This document shows positions 44,746-57,048 of a DNA stretch of 64,000 nucleotides, piece after piece. The translations under genes were made by a program, and so were the position numbers. The notes under the pieces are model-generated. The model had not been told where the DNA came from. It ran no database searches and saw nothing but the letters and a program-made list of their open reading frames with translations. Each line of letters starts with the position of its first letter. Positions within the stretch are counted from its first letter, which is position 1. This DNA is from Dimorphilus gyrociliatus. Its lineage: Eukaryota > Animalia > Annelida. The DNA lies in contig CAJFCJ010000019.1 in NCBI GenBank assembly GCA_904063045.1, positions 3,044,684 through 3,108,683 on the forward strand. The letters run 5' to 3'.

Positions 44746-45783
44746 TCATCCCAATAGCACTTTTTTCATTCGGGTAACTGGAGTGTCTTCGTCTGAATCC
44801 GTCTCTGAGCACTTTCTGACTCTTGGTGATTCAGCTGTACATGCAGGTGAACACAAATATTGCATAAGCGGTAATCTGAATTTTCCGCAGAAATCCACAA
44901 ATTTGACGTGTTCAACTCTTGAAGTAAAATATACTCCACGACACTTCGGATTGACACACTGATGAGCTGAGGATAAGTACTCAATAAGACACCTTGGAAG
45001 ATCATACTCGGTATATGTAAGATGATGTCGTTTGGCTACTCTACCAGCAAGCTCTTTGAGAGAAGGGGGTTCCCATATCAAATCTTCCACAAATCGAATA
45101 ACTAAAGGGTTATTACGCAAACTTAATTCTGTAAGTTGTAACCCAACAATCTGGGGAGGTAAAGTTTGCAACTGATTATTATGTAGGCTTAATGATTGCA
45201 AACGACGTAATTTTAAAATACTATCAGGTAAACTTGTTAGCTGGTTATCTGATAAGATCATAGCTGTTAGATACTTTAAATCACCAATTGATTCAGGTAT
45301 TGACTGTAACTTATTACCACCAACATATAATACCTCCAATTGCGTCAATTGACTGATGCTTTCTGGAAGAGTTTTTAAGCGATTAGCACCCATAAATAGT
45401 CGGTTAAGATTTTCAAGTTCAGTAAACTGCGTTGGCAATTCGTTGAATCGATTTCCAGCAAAATTGATAAGCTGTAGGCTTTTCATAGTTCCAAAGTTCT
45501 TGGGCAGAGTATCTTCATCGAGCCTATTGTTTTTCGCTATTAAACTTCGTAAACTACTAAGACGAGTAAGCTCATCGCTTAGATAGGTCATTTTATTATC
45601 AGAAATGTCTAGGGTAACGAGGGATTCATATTTTCCAATCTGCCTTGATAATATGGTGATATTGTTATGATCCAATTTCAATGAGATATATCTCGTAGCG
45701 TGGGAACTTAAAAAATCAGGAAAGGTATCCAAATCATTATAAGATAAATCTACTGCATTTTCTTCATCGAAAAATTCAGCCAT
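44746..45783 (-). CDS. LRRC58: Leucine-rich repeat protein 58
   Basis: LRR array followed by PPSLKELAGR, a BC-box-like motif, and HQCVNPKCRGVYF...VDFCGKFRLPLMQYLCSP. Intronless. Confidence 0.93.
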   Translation of the reverse strand: MAEFFDEENAVDLSYNDLDTFPDFLSSHATRYISLKLDHNNITILSRQIGKYESLVTLDISDNKMTYLSDELTRLSSLRSLIAKNNRLDEDTLPKNFGTMKSLQLINFAGNRFNELPTQFTELENLNRLFMGANRLKTLPESISQLTQLEVLYVGGNKLQSIPESIGDLKYLTAMILSDNQLTSLPDSILKLRRLQSLSLHNNQLQTLPPQIVGLQLTELSLRNNPLVIRFVEDLIWEPPSLKELAGRVAKRHHLTYTEYDLPRCLIEYLSSAHQCVNPKCRGVYFTSRVEHVKFVDFCGKFRLPLMQYLCSPACTAESPRVRKCSETDSDEDTPVTRMKKVLLG

Positions 45784-46444
45784 TCTTAGATATTCCAGTT
45801 TACAGATGTTTTTTCATCACGACCGATATTGTGACCGTAATACTGTGATCAAGCCTTTAGACCTAAAAGAGAAAATATACTTTGGCCTTTAAACAATATT
45901 TATGCAGATCCACATCTTAACAAATATAACACATACACTCAAATTTTTAATGATATAAGTATAATAGTTAATCACTGAAATAAAATCAAAATATAATATT
46001 AAATCCAAATTGCACAGTTTTCGATAATTCAGATTCAGGGCCTAAGTAAAGTTCTTGGCTATTTAAACTCGATGATTTTCTAGCGAGGAGTACTTGTTCA
46101 GGCAACACGTGCTGAGCACGCGCCACCTAGGTCATGAGAAGTTACAATTCGTTTGAAGTTTTGGCCTACATTGTTTATCAAATGTGTTTATTTATATATC
46201 CATCTGTCAAACTTTGAACATGTAAAATAGTTACTTTATCAAATTTTAACACTGAATACAATATAACATTTGTGATAAGAAACAGATCGGTCCTAATTCT
46301 CCCATATACAACTTTCAAAATGAAAATTCATTAATACTTCTAAAGGTAAAACATTTAATATCTATAGAAAATTTAATTTTGAAGAGTATTAATTAAAAAA
46401 AAAATATTTTGAGTAACTTCCAAACAGCTTTTCTAATCAAAATA

Positions 46445-47921
46445 TCAAGTAGAATTAATAATATTTTTTAAAATGGCCATTAACTTTTTAACGGCGTTCA
46501 TTCGTCCATTCACTAGTGACTCTGTAACACACTGAGATAAAAGTTCCTGTAGACTCTTGCTGACATCATCGGTTGATGAATGTAATAAACCTTTTGGTAT
46601 TGTTTCACCCAAAAGTTTATTTCCAAATTTTTTCCGTATATCATTTGAATCGGTTAATATTTGAGCACACACTGTGGCAAACATAGAATGTGCCGCTTGA
46701 TAGGTAAAAGAAGCGCAGTTTTGATTTTCAAGAATTTTGTAGATTGCCTCTTTAGACATGCAATTCTCATTGCATAATCCCAAAGCGGTCCCTAAAAAAA
46801 ATACATGATTTTATAAAGAAAATGTTGTATTCGTTATGAAATATCATTGTAACTCACAATCGTAGTTTATCTTCTGGCTTATTACAAGATTACCACTCTC
46901 TGTAAAAAGAATCGATTTCGATTTTTCATTATATAAGATATTTTCGTAGCTTAAATCCAGATAGGACAGTGACCATCTATCCTGGTCGTTTATTAAGGAT
47001 TTTAAACTTTTCAAAATATGGAAAGCAATCTCTGCCCTTTCTTTAAACGGATTATCTAGAAATGTTTCCAAAGGACTTCCATTACGCTCTATTATTGAAA
47101 CTCGGCCGCAAGAACCATAATTCCTTGGAAAGGGCAAATTGTGGTTCTTGGTAAAAAAATTAAGAAATGCAAACTCAGGATTAATGACCAATGACGTGAA
47201 TAAGAAATTTGTGGCTCTGTTTATCGGATACCTTGAATATCTGTTAAATAGTATTAGGGTAATGAACGTTCAATCAAGTATTTCTACGAGTAAACACTCA
47301 CCCGGCTACAAGCTCGTTTAGTAAATCATTAGACGAGCAATACGAAAAAGGTAAGGGCCTACCATGAATCTTGACTTGTAAATTTCTAATGATGTCGATG
47401 TCGATATTTGATATATTAGATATTGATGAAGTAACATCGCAATCAGGTGTTTGAAATACAGTGTTACATGAATATCGATCAAACATCATGAAACGATCTG
47501 TGCCAGCACCTGTCTTTACAACAATACTTTTTCCTTCCCACTGACCAACGTATGCTCCTTTGGAACTCATAGCGGTTGCTTTATGTGGAATGTCCATAAC
47601 TATGCTACCCTTCATTACATGATTGCAGAAGTTATCTCCATAACAAGCGTCGCATTTATCTTTTCTAACTATTAACATTGGTATAGAAGTCATACCTGAG
47701 CCATAATAAAATTTCATGAGAAAAGAGAAAAGATTAATAAATTAAAACATACCATCTTGTGCAACGACTTTAGCTGAAGACTCAGAATTGCTAAGCGATA
47801 TTAAAACAATAAGAAATAAAAAAAAAGTTATTAAACCAAAAATTGAAATTGTTCTTAAGCCACATCTTCTCAACCAAGTAAAGCTAGTTCGAAACAACCG
47901 GCGATTGATTCTAATTCTCAT
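46445..47921 (-). CDS. Divergent protein kinase domain protein (DIPK2A/C3orf58-like, secretory pathway)
   Basis: N-terminal TM, KCDACYGDNFC, INPE, PFPRNYGSCGR and LDLSYENI, resembling DIPK2A CPACFG..C / NPE / PFAKYLGACGR / LDVSFDNF. Four exons. Confidence 0.78.
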
Positions 47922-48445
47922 TGTTATCTATTATCACTCAGTTTTCAATCATTCTTGACTACATTAACTTGCAAATTGATATCTCTTTTATAGCTAGTAT
48001 TCTCATTTGGTTAGTCGAAGTATAGATGAGAAATGATGATTTGTTACCAAAAATTAGAGGTTAAAGTTAAATTTAACTAAGAATATAAATATTAAGCTAT
48101 GTCGCCTATAAACAAGGTAGCACTAAATAAAGTTTTACGGTAAAGCTATCCATATAGACGATTATAATAGTAAAAAATCGTTCCTATATTTTCCGAAAAC
48201 TCAAAATTTAAAATTTAGGGTGTTCTGACTAATTATCAGCTGGAATGCAATGTAACCAACAAATCCATTATCTAGTGATATCCGTCGACAACTGGTAAAC
48301 TTGAATCGAATGTGACGTTAGACATTTGCCGAGAAGCGAAACTCTCCTCTATATAGAGAAAATATATTATTTTGCTAAATAAATTCCAAGTTAAACTTCA
48401 AGTTGCAATATAATCTAATAAGTATTGCTAGTTAATAAGACGGCC

Positions 48446-49267
48446 ATGTATGATCGAAAATTGAAAGTAGTTATGGGTATACTCCTGATTGTTTCTTATT
48501 GTTTAGCGGACCTTAAAGAAGATAATGAAAATGAAACATTGGAAAAAACTGCTACAGACAAATCTAGAGGTAAATAAAAGTCTCTTTTTATTAAAATGAT
48601 GTATTTGGTCTATTTTATATTTGTCTTTCAATAGGTTTTAATTCAAATATAAAATGGTTGAATGATCTTGATCAGGCAATAACAATGGCTAAAGATAGGT
48701 AAGCTAATAATTATTTTTTATGCATATCTATATCATTTCAACTTTCAGTGACAAGCTGATATTTCTCTTATTGCACAAATCATGGTGTAGAGCTTGCAAA
48801 GGTAATTCCATAATTATATTTTTTAGAGAACATATGGTTTTGAATCGATTTTCTTGAACTTTAATGTAATTTACAAAAATATTCGATACCATAATACTTA
48901 ACAGCTGCCTAAAAGAATTATTTTAAATAATGGAATCATGTATAATAAAAGACATTATTATTCATTTCTTTTAGAATTAAAGCCAAGTTTTTCATCTGAC
49001 AACGAATTGTTAGAACTAAGTAAGAAATTTATTATGGTAAATTTGGAAGATGACGAAGAGCCAAGAGACGATAAATATTCTCCTGATGGTGGATACATAC
49101 CAAGAGCTTTTTTTTTACAGAAGAATGGTGAACCGATCTTAAGTCTATACAACAAAGAAGGAAATGAAAAATATAAATACTATTATAGCTTCTCTTCACA
49201 AGTCGTAAAATCAATGAATGAAGCTTTAAGTTCTGAAACTAATAACAAGCTAAACTCAGAATTATGA
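48446..49267 (+). CDS. TXNDC12: Thioredoxin domain-containing protein 12 (ERp18/AGR1)
   Basis: Signal peptide, GFNSNIKW, HKSWCRACK active site, FIMVNLEDDEEP, YSPDGGYIPR, YKYYY and a C-terminal NSEL. Four exons. Confidence 0.9.
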
Positions 49268-49599
49268 AAATCCAATTATAAGTTAAAATCTAAATATCAA
49301 TGAAATAACATTAAAGATTGAAAGAACGTAACACATCTTAGATTCAATTTATAACGGTAGATTTGTTTTTCATTAATTATTTTATTTTTAATTTGTAAAA
49401 TCTAGATTATCGTTTTTATCTCTTGTAAATAAAATTTTACGAAGTTCAACAAGTCTTTTGTAATGTTTTTTATGAAGAATTCGTGAAACTGAAGACAAGG
49501 TTTTCGTTAGGAAAACAATATATTGTTTGGAGATCTAAAGTTTTCTGTAAAGCAAAATAAAGAAAATTAATTGCCTATTAAGTATTGATCATACCAGCT

Positions 49600-50843
49600 T
49601 CAAAATTTGAAACTTCCAATCGAGGGTAAATCTCCAATTTTTATGTCCTTTATTTTTTGAGGAATGTTCAATTCCTTTACTGCAGACACAGCTTTGGATG
49701 GCGCTGCAGAGAATCCTGCCTGTTGAATCAATCAACATTTTGCAGTAAGTTAGTAAATTTTAGAAAAAAAAACAAGATCAACGACAACCTCGTCCCTTTC
49801 TAATCTACTTTGGTCATTAATGCGTGTCATAATCTCGGCCATGCTAGTTTCCAGGACCATACCTCCCATAACCAATTCACACATAACATATTGCACCTAG
49901 AGGATTGGAACTTGTACAAAAGCAAATAAAATAATCAAAATGGAGATTTAAATTATGCTTTTCCCAGGGACACAATGATGAAGGGATAGGTACTTTTTCC
50001 TAAGTTAAACACTCTTCAACGAAGATATTTCTACGTAAAGATTATCCTAAGTTTTTATAGAATAAAAAAAATACTATTTGATTCATTAAATTAATTATTT
50101 TTTATAATCAGATTGTTGAATATTTCGTAATTGAAAAGTGCTTGAGTTGAAAAAACTTCAGAAAAATCAAGAGAACCTCATCTATACTCAATTTCTCTTG
50201 CATGTTGAAATGAATTCTAGCTTCATAATTGTTAGTTTCCGCAACGAGACCGCCAAGTATCATTTCAGAAAGAATACTGTGTACCTTTACGCATTTCTGA
50301 ATAAACGATTTACTGCCTATTGAGCTTACCTTGTCAACATGAAATATCAAATCTAGTTCACAGACATTTTCGAAGCACTTGTCTAATGTCTCCACAAATA
50401 CCTGAATACATTGGAATGAATCAAGTTATTAAAAAATCTGTTAAATTACCTGAATCAAGTCGAGTATTCCCAACTCGCTTTCTGAAGAATCTACACAGAA
50501 CACAAAATATAAGGTTGCATAATGCCTATACACAATTTTAAAGTCTGAATCGCCAGCCAATCTGTTAGAAAATATTAGAGCAGATTTTCAACAGATGAAA
50601 TTAAGTATATTTATATACGCACGTTCCACCTTCCAGAAAATTGCATACATTGTCATCTCGCTTGGAAACTAGTTGAAACGTTTCACGAATTATTTGTTGT
50701 TGAATATCTTCAGGCTTTTTATCAATAATAAGAGAGCGATAATACAAAAAAAGATAAGTTTAGTTAAAGCTTACATAATGTATAAAAAATTTAGACGCTC
50801 TTGGCTTGCCATGGTTATTGAAAATTAAAATAGCCTTAATCAT
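49600..50843 (-). CDS. AP3S1: AP-3 complex sigma subunit with a duplicated internal exon
   Basis: MIKAILIFNNHGKPR...YRHYATLYFVFCVDSSESELGILDLIQVFVETLDKCFENVCELDLIFHVDK. Two homologous 108-nt exons (50177-50284 and 49789-49896), then a last exon AGFSAAPSKAVSAVK. Confidence 0.95.
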
Positions 50844-51671
50844 CCCTCTATTGGTGTGAAAATATCCTGTTTATTCAAAAAACACACGTTAGACTTACGG
50901 ACGTGTCACTGAATAATTATATTTTGCCAAGAGCGGTTTTCTTTAAGAAGTATAGCATTCGTGAATAAACTTTTTAAAGAATATATTGATTCTATCATTT
51001 TAATAGCGTGTGAACATATTTGTGAAGAAATATTACAAAATTAGTATTATGTCTAGTTTTTAGGTATATACTTTATATTTAGAGCATTAAAAGCTGAATG
51101 GAACCAGGTTTTTCTTTTGATAAAACAAAATGAAATAAAGTATTATCTGATCGTTATCAAAGCTAATAATATTGAAAAGAATAAAATAATAAATGTTATT
51201 ATATTAGATAAATTGTTTAATCTTCTCAAAATGGAATTTTTGGATATAGAACACCTTGTAATAACACAATTACATCTCCAAACCCACTTAAAATTTAAAG
51301 AGATGTCGTCTAAAACGTAAAATATTTAAATTCTCCCGTGATTTCAGACTTTTCAAATATTTTATATAAAAATGTATATTTTATTCCTGTATTTTCGCTC
51401 AAGATACTTATTTAATATTCTGCGTAATACACACGCAACAAAGGTTAAAAGAATATAAGGTATATACAATTACATTATGTGAAACTTAATATCAAATTTA
51501 ATATAAGAATAGTACTTTGAGCATAACTTGTATTCAGTATCTAAATAATAATAAAGGTGTATTTACAAATACATATTCCCCATTGATCCTGCCAGAAGTT
51601 CACATCCGGTTCTCGTTAACTACAATATTTTTCATCAGTAATGCATGGAACTTTCAACGAATCAACAAAAA

Positions 51672-52336
51672 ATGGAAGATAGTGGCTTTGATAGTGACAC
51701 TAAAACGAATTTGAACGCAGTTGTTTTGCCTGTGTCACAGGTCGGTATAGAGGAAATTTCTTATTCCATAATTCTAACCAGTACTTTAAATTCATAATTT
51801 TTTCGATTGATAATATCAACTCTTTAATTATGTTTAGCATCAGCAATGTCCAATTTCTGAGAGACGAACACTTGTGCCTGATAAACAGATCGATCTACAG
51901 AAGCTAATTGGTTCGTATTATTTAAGATTGTCAACTCTTAAATGTTTTTCTGTCACAGATGCCCAACGGGAAACACTTCGGAAAAACAATGCATTATTAT
52001 CTAGGAATAGACTAATCGTTCCAACAAAAAATAAATTTGATAACCAATCTTTTGATGATCAAAAAAAACCATTAGTGACATTGGATAGTGATGAAAGGTA
52101 GTGAAAATTCTCTTCTCTACATCTGCTTATGACTTGTTTTCAGCGATGATGAATTTGATATGCCTCCCCTCTCAAAAGCCATGCAAAAACAAATAACTGA
52201 ACAGCTCATCAAGGATGGTTATAATCTCGATATGGAACCTGATGATGAGGATCTTGACCTAATACCTCCTAGGCCTTTGCAGCAGCGTTCATGGTGTTGT
52301 AGACACCCTGCTTATGGTGGATGTACTTTGCAGTAA
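51672..52336 (+). CDS. FAM219A: FAM219 family protein
   Basis: Four exons give ...RNRLIVPTK...KPLVTLDSDES...QLIKDGYNLDMEPDDEDLDLIPP...CC...CTLQ, matching FAM219A motifs. Not captured as a single ORF in the provided track. Confidence 0.88.
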
Positions 52337-52769
52337 ATTTAAAAAATATTCAGTTTATCTAAAATCACAGTATATATTCTATATAATTTATTTAACACTC
52401 ATACCGTCGTATTTAACTTTCTTCACTTCTCTTAAATACATAACAAAATATGATATACAGTGTACTATAAAATGATTAATCGCATTCAGGTCTTCGCTAT
52501 ATACAGCAAAAGTAATCATTTTTACATGTTTAACTGAAACGAAATCCCTCAACGTACATCAGTCATATTTTCTGCTTGATAACAAAGAATTCTCTTCGAA
52601 AGTCTTTAAAGCCTTCTGTTATTTTTATTAATTGTTTCAACTATATGTAGCACGCAAAATGTAATTGTATGTTCGAATCAAATTATCATAAAAACCATGC
52701 ATCCTCTCCTTTTCTAGCCAAAACTTAAGTCACAGAATGAAAATCTAAACTAAAGAGCACATAAAGAAT

Positions 52770-55147
52770 TTATTGTTTTAAAGTGAGTCTTTTTCGAGGC
52801 TCTGGGCTGGCAATACCAAGTGTCTTCTCAACATATTTCTCAACTGAGGTTTCGAAGATTCTAAAATATAAGAAAGGTAAGATTCATAATCTAAAAGGTG
52901 GCATCTAACACTTACACTCTATTAGTTGGATCTAGCATGAGTTTTGTCGCTTCTAATGATTCTTGCAAGGCAGCAATTTCGACTGCTTGAGCCTTCCGTC
53001 CTGGGAACGCACTCATCTGCATTTGAATAGTGCTTAGTCGTTTAATGAGTTCAACAATTTGCGGATGTTGTGTGATAAGAGTTGGTGCGATTGATTTTCC
53101 CTTTACACGATCAAATATTTTATCAGCTTTATCCATATATCTCTTTTGATGAAAGAGAACTTGAGTTGCTGTTTCTTTAACTTCATCAGGAAGACGTTCA
53201 TATAATAATTTATCGATACTGCAAATTAGTGGACAAATGTTAGAATTTAGCACTTCTAGTTCATACAAGCACTGGCTTCTTCTCCCCATCAGAGTTTCAT
53301 CGAAAGTTGCATATTCTCCCTAGTATATATTTAATTATGTACTTTTCCTGTTAATGCTATACAATGCTAACTTACAGCTTCGATTATCTCCTTCTGGATA
53401 ATTCGATGTCTTGTTAGGACCTTCTGCTTTGTGTCTATCACTTTTGCAAATTCGTTCTAAAATAATGGAATGGCTTGAGTATTTTCTTAAAGGGGTTAAA
53501 ATAAAATTCCAAAAAATGTAACTTATATTTACCAATTTTTCAATAAGCTCAGGTGGTAAAGGTGAATTTTGCATGTCAGGAATAGGCTCTTCAGCCTCTT
53601 TTTTTAATATATCTGCCATTACTGGTTGTCCCATGAAGGGATCATTTTCAGGATTCGCACCAAGGGGAGAATCAACTAAAGTCGAAAATATAACATTTAA
53701 TAAATAATGTTGCGTAATAGGATCTCGAGATACAGACCATCCAAGAAAGAGGTCGGGCTCATCATACTCTTTGCCGCCATCTGAGGAGTGCCCTTTTCCT
53801 TTTGAACTTTCAAAGTGAAAGAACTAATAGATAACGAGTCTTGTGAAGAGTCGTGTAGAATTTCGTAATCTGGAACGGAGAATGTGCCGATGCCTGGACG
53901 GTCAAAAGTAATCCTATATGAATGTGTTATTGTGTCCAAGGCTTCAATAACTCCAGTATATATTCCATCGTAAGGTGTACGAAGACGCGCTGTAACTTTG
54001 GAACCAACAACCAATGGCATAGGGATATTCGGCGGCATATCATTTAAATGATCAATTTCTTTTAATTTTGTGTTTTGAAGCAAACGCACTTTCATTCGTC
54101 TCATGTGCAAAGCTGATCGTTCTTCATCGAAAAAGGCAGGAGAACACCTCCTTGGTTTTCCTAACATTCGTCTCATCATAACCCATTGGGATCTTGTGAG
54201 TTTACTTAAATTGAGGTAAGGGAAACACTCTTGCATACAAATCAAAAAATCGTTTTCGCCCTTGAAGAGTGAACTAAAATGAAGAATAAAATAAACTTCT
54301 TAAACAGTCAATAGATTGAACGACATTGTAAGCAACTTACTGATCTATGGTCGAGTAGAAAAATTCACAATATACCCATCGTGAGGCTTTTGGTAGTTTT
54401 AGAAGATTGCGGAGACGAGATGCGTTTTTGTTAGCAACGGATTTACTACTTCCTGAACTTCTAGTGTGCTAAAATTGTCATGATTGATGAGTTAAGAAAA
54501 TTTTAAATTGATCATACTCACATATCCAATAGAATCTCTCATTGCTAAATTTCTTTCATCTTTCATTTTCGATTTTCTTTTATATGAGGGATACGAAGTA
54601 AACAGAGGATCGTCAGGGTCTCCAAATATCCTAGGGTTAGGCTTCCGTAATCTTGCGGGCTATAGTTAATATAATTAACTTTTTATATCTCACATATTAT
54701 TCGTAACTTACATTTCTTTTGAGGGGTCTCAAGTGAGATCTTCGCCGAGAGGAAGATGGAGTTTCCATAACATCTGTCATAGATTCATTGTTATCATCTT
54801 GCATATCATCTCCTTCGTCTCCCGATTCGTTTGATTCAACTAAAATACGTTAATTTAGCATAAATTTGAAAACAATTTTCTATATAAAATCTAGAATCTC
54901 TTTATTGGAATTAATAATTAAATAAAGTATTTATCAAATATAGAAATTTGAACTGAAACACATCGAATCTTTCAAAATATTACTCGATTGGTAAGGCACC
55001 AAAACTTAGATTAATGCATATTTTATCAACTAAAATTAGTACGGATTAGCAAAGAATAAAATTTTTAATAATAAAAATAATTATAACTCAATAAGACAGT
55101 ATAAAATACATTTACTTACTTTGATCCATAGCTTCATCATCCGCCAT
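52770..55147 (-). CDS. LIN9: LIN9 (MuvB/DREAM subunit)
   Basis: LRNLLKLPKA..WVYCEFFYSTID..LF, DIRP domain LTRSQWVMMRRMLGKPRRCSPAFFDEER, Tudor-like PLVVGSKVTARLR and a C-terminal coiled coil. Confidence 0.93.
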
Positions 55148-55172
55148 TTTTCGTATTTTTTCATTAACGCCA

Positions 55173-55188
55173 CAGTAGATGGCGCTAA
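55173..55188 (+). promoter_or_regulatory. CTCF-like motif (ACAGTAGATGGCGCTA) in the LIN9/TCTE1 divergent promoter
   Basis: Close to the CTCF core CCACYAGRKGGCGCTA. Related cores occur at 32284-32294, 46120-46130 (reverse) and 56865-56875. The motif overlaps the YY1 consensus, so the factor is uncertain. Confidence 0.5.
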
Positions 55189-55298
55189 ATTATTATTAGT
55201 ATGGTACACTTTCCTTGCTATGATACTGTGTATAACTCGAACCAGTCTGGTATCCATAACAAACAGAAGACGCTGAGTTTTTTTTAGAAGATTTTAAA

Positions 55299-56857
55299 AT
55301 GGGTGAAGAAAAGAACGAAACTACCTTATCGGCTAAATCGGCTAAACCTGGCATAGAATCTCGAAAAAATTCCTCAAGAGCGAGTGATGAAAAAACATTG
55401 TCGGCTTTTTCTATTGGAAATCCTGTAGATCAACGGACTAGTCGTCGTATAATAGCCGAAGACCCTGAATGGTCGTTGGCTATAGTTCCACTATTAACAG
55501 ATCTTGTAGTTAATCATATAGTTGAACAGTTTGAACGTTAGTTAATTCACTTATTTGACTTTTTAAGACTTTTGTGTGTGAAAAGTTAAGTATCTTTTTT
55601 AATGTTACAGACAATAGCAGCATTCTACCTAAGCTACTCAGAAAACATCAAATTAAAGTTTTGGAAAAGATATCGACAAATTTACCTATTACCATAACAG
55701 CAAATTTGATAACAGATCAGCGCTATTGGCAGAGATGTTGCATAGCTCGATGGGATTTATGCAACGTAGAATCTTTTGATAATTGTTGGAAACGAATGTA
55801 TTTTGAAAGAAACTTGGAAGAGTTGATTGAACATTACGTGCCGGATAAATCAGACAACGGAAAATTAGAGCAAGTAGTTTCCCTGTCTGCTCCATACATA
55901 AGGCGATTGAATATAAAACAATTACTTCCGCCGGTCAAAGAACCAAAAGTAGATGACGAGATATCAGAAGATGCAAGTGACATTGGTGATGAATTAGAGA
56001 TTGATCATTTAGAATTTAACTCTATACTCCCTAAATTGCTCAATATTGAAGAATTTAGCTTAAGCTACGGAGTGAGGGATTGCGGAATGAATTTTGAATG
56101 GAGTGTTTTTCAATTCACTGCTCGCGACTGTCTTCAATTGGCTAAAAGTGTTGCTGTTACAAAGTTTCTGCAGATATTCAGGCTGAGGAGGTCTAAAGTG
56201 GATGATGATAAAGTACGAGTATTAATAGGGAATATAATAGATCATCCCAACCTAATCGAACTCGATTTATCTCATAACGCAATAGGAGACAGAGGAGCAA
56301 GGGCTATTGGCAAATTATTAAACAATCATAGCAAATTGCTAAAGCTAATAATCCATGATAATAGAATCCGTTCTGCCGGGGCTCAAGCCATTGCCCACGC
56401 ACTAACAAAAAATAACGTTCTAAAGTTTCTCAATTTGAGAATGAATAGATTGGGAGACGAAGGTGGTCAAGCTATAGGCCGATCGCTTTTGAGAAATAAC
56501 ACTTTAATCTACTTAAATATAGCCGCTAACGACCTTAGCGAACCTACAGCAAGCGTGTTCTCTCAAGTTTGTTCGCTAAATGCTACCATCAAATGCCTAG
56601 ATTTAAGTTGTAATAAACTTGGTCTCGTAAGTATTCTTATTGAGTTACGGTGAATTACACATATATATTTGTATTAATTTCTCTAGGAAGGTGGAAAAAC
56701 TCTACAAGAGGGGATGGATGAGAACAAAACAATCCTTGAGCTAGATTTGCGCTTAACAGATGCAGGAGAAGAAAGCGAATATTGTATCAATAATGTGCTT
56801 GAACGAAATAGAGAAAAAGACCGAGAAGAGAAGCTAGAAAACCAAGGACAAAGTAGA
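55299..56857 (+). CDS. TCTE1: TCTE1 / dynein regulatory complex subunit 5
   Basis: RRIIAEDPEWSLAIVPLLTDL, YWQRCC, WKRMYFERNL, YGVRDCGMNFEW and LRR repeats. Exons 55299-about 55537, about 55611-56626 and about 56687-56857. Confidence 0.93.
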
Positions 56858-57048
56858 TAAACTTGAGATGGCGCCTATGTCATAAAAATTTCATTTGTGC
56901 TTAACTTTAAAATATTTAATTTTATAAAATATATTTTAATAAAATTTTGATCATGATACTCTTAAGTAATTAACAAATAATTCACACTTTACCCGCTGTC
57001 AATAGGAAAACCCAATTTCGCTGCATTCTCTATTTTCGTACAACAACT

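Noticed and set aside
48803-48974. Longer introns in TXNDC12, CENPJ (about 8880-9003) and SNX29 (about 12283-12412) checked for snoRNAs
   Set aside because: No C/D box pair with an rRNA complement and no convincing H/ACA hairpin-hinge structure seen.
5906-55147. Apparent clustering of mitotic genes (NDC80, CENPJ, SMC2, LIN9) and ciliary genes (IFT140, TCTE1)
   Set aside because: With 30 genes in the window some co-occurrence is expected. Only the NDC80/CENPJ shared promoter has direct sequence support.
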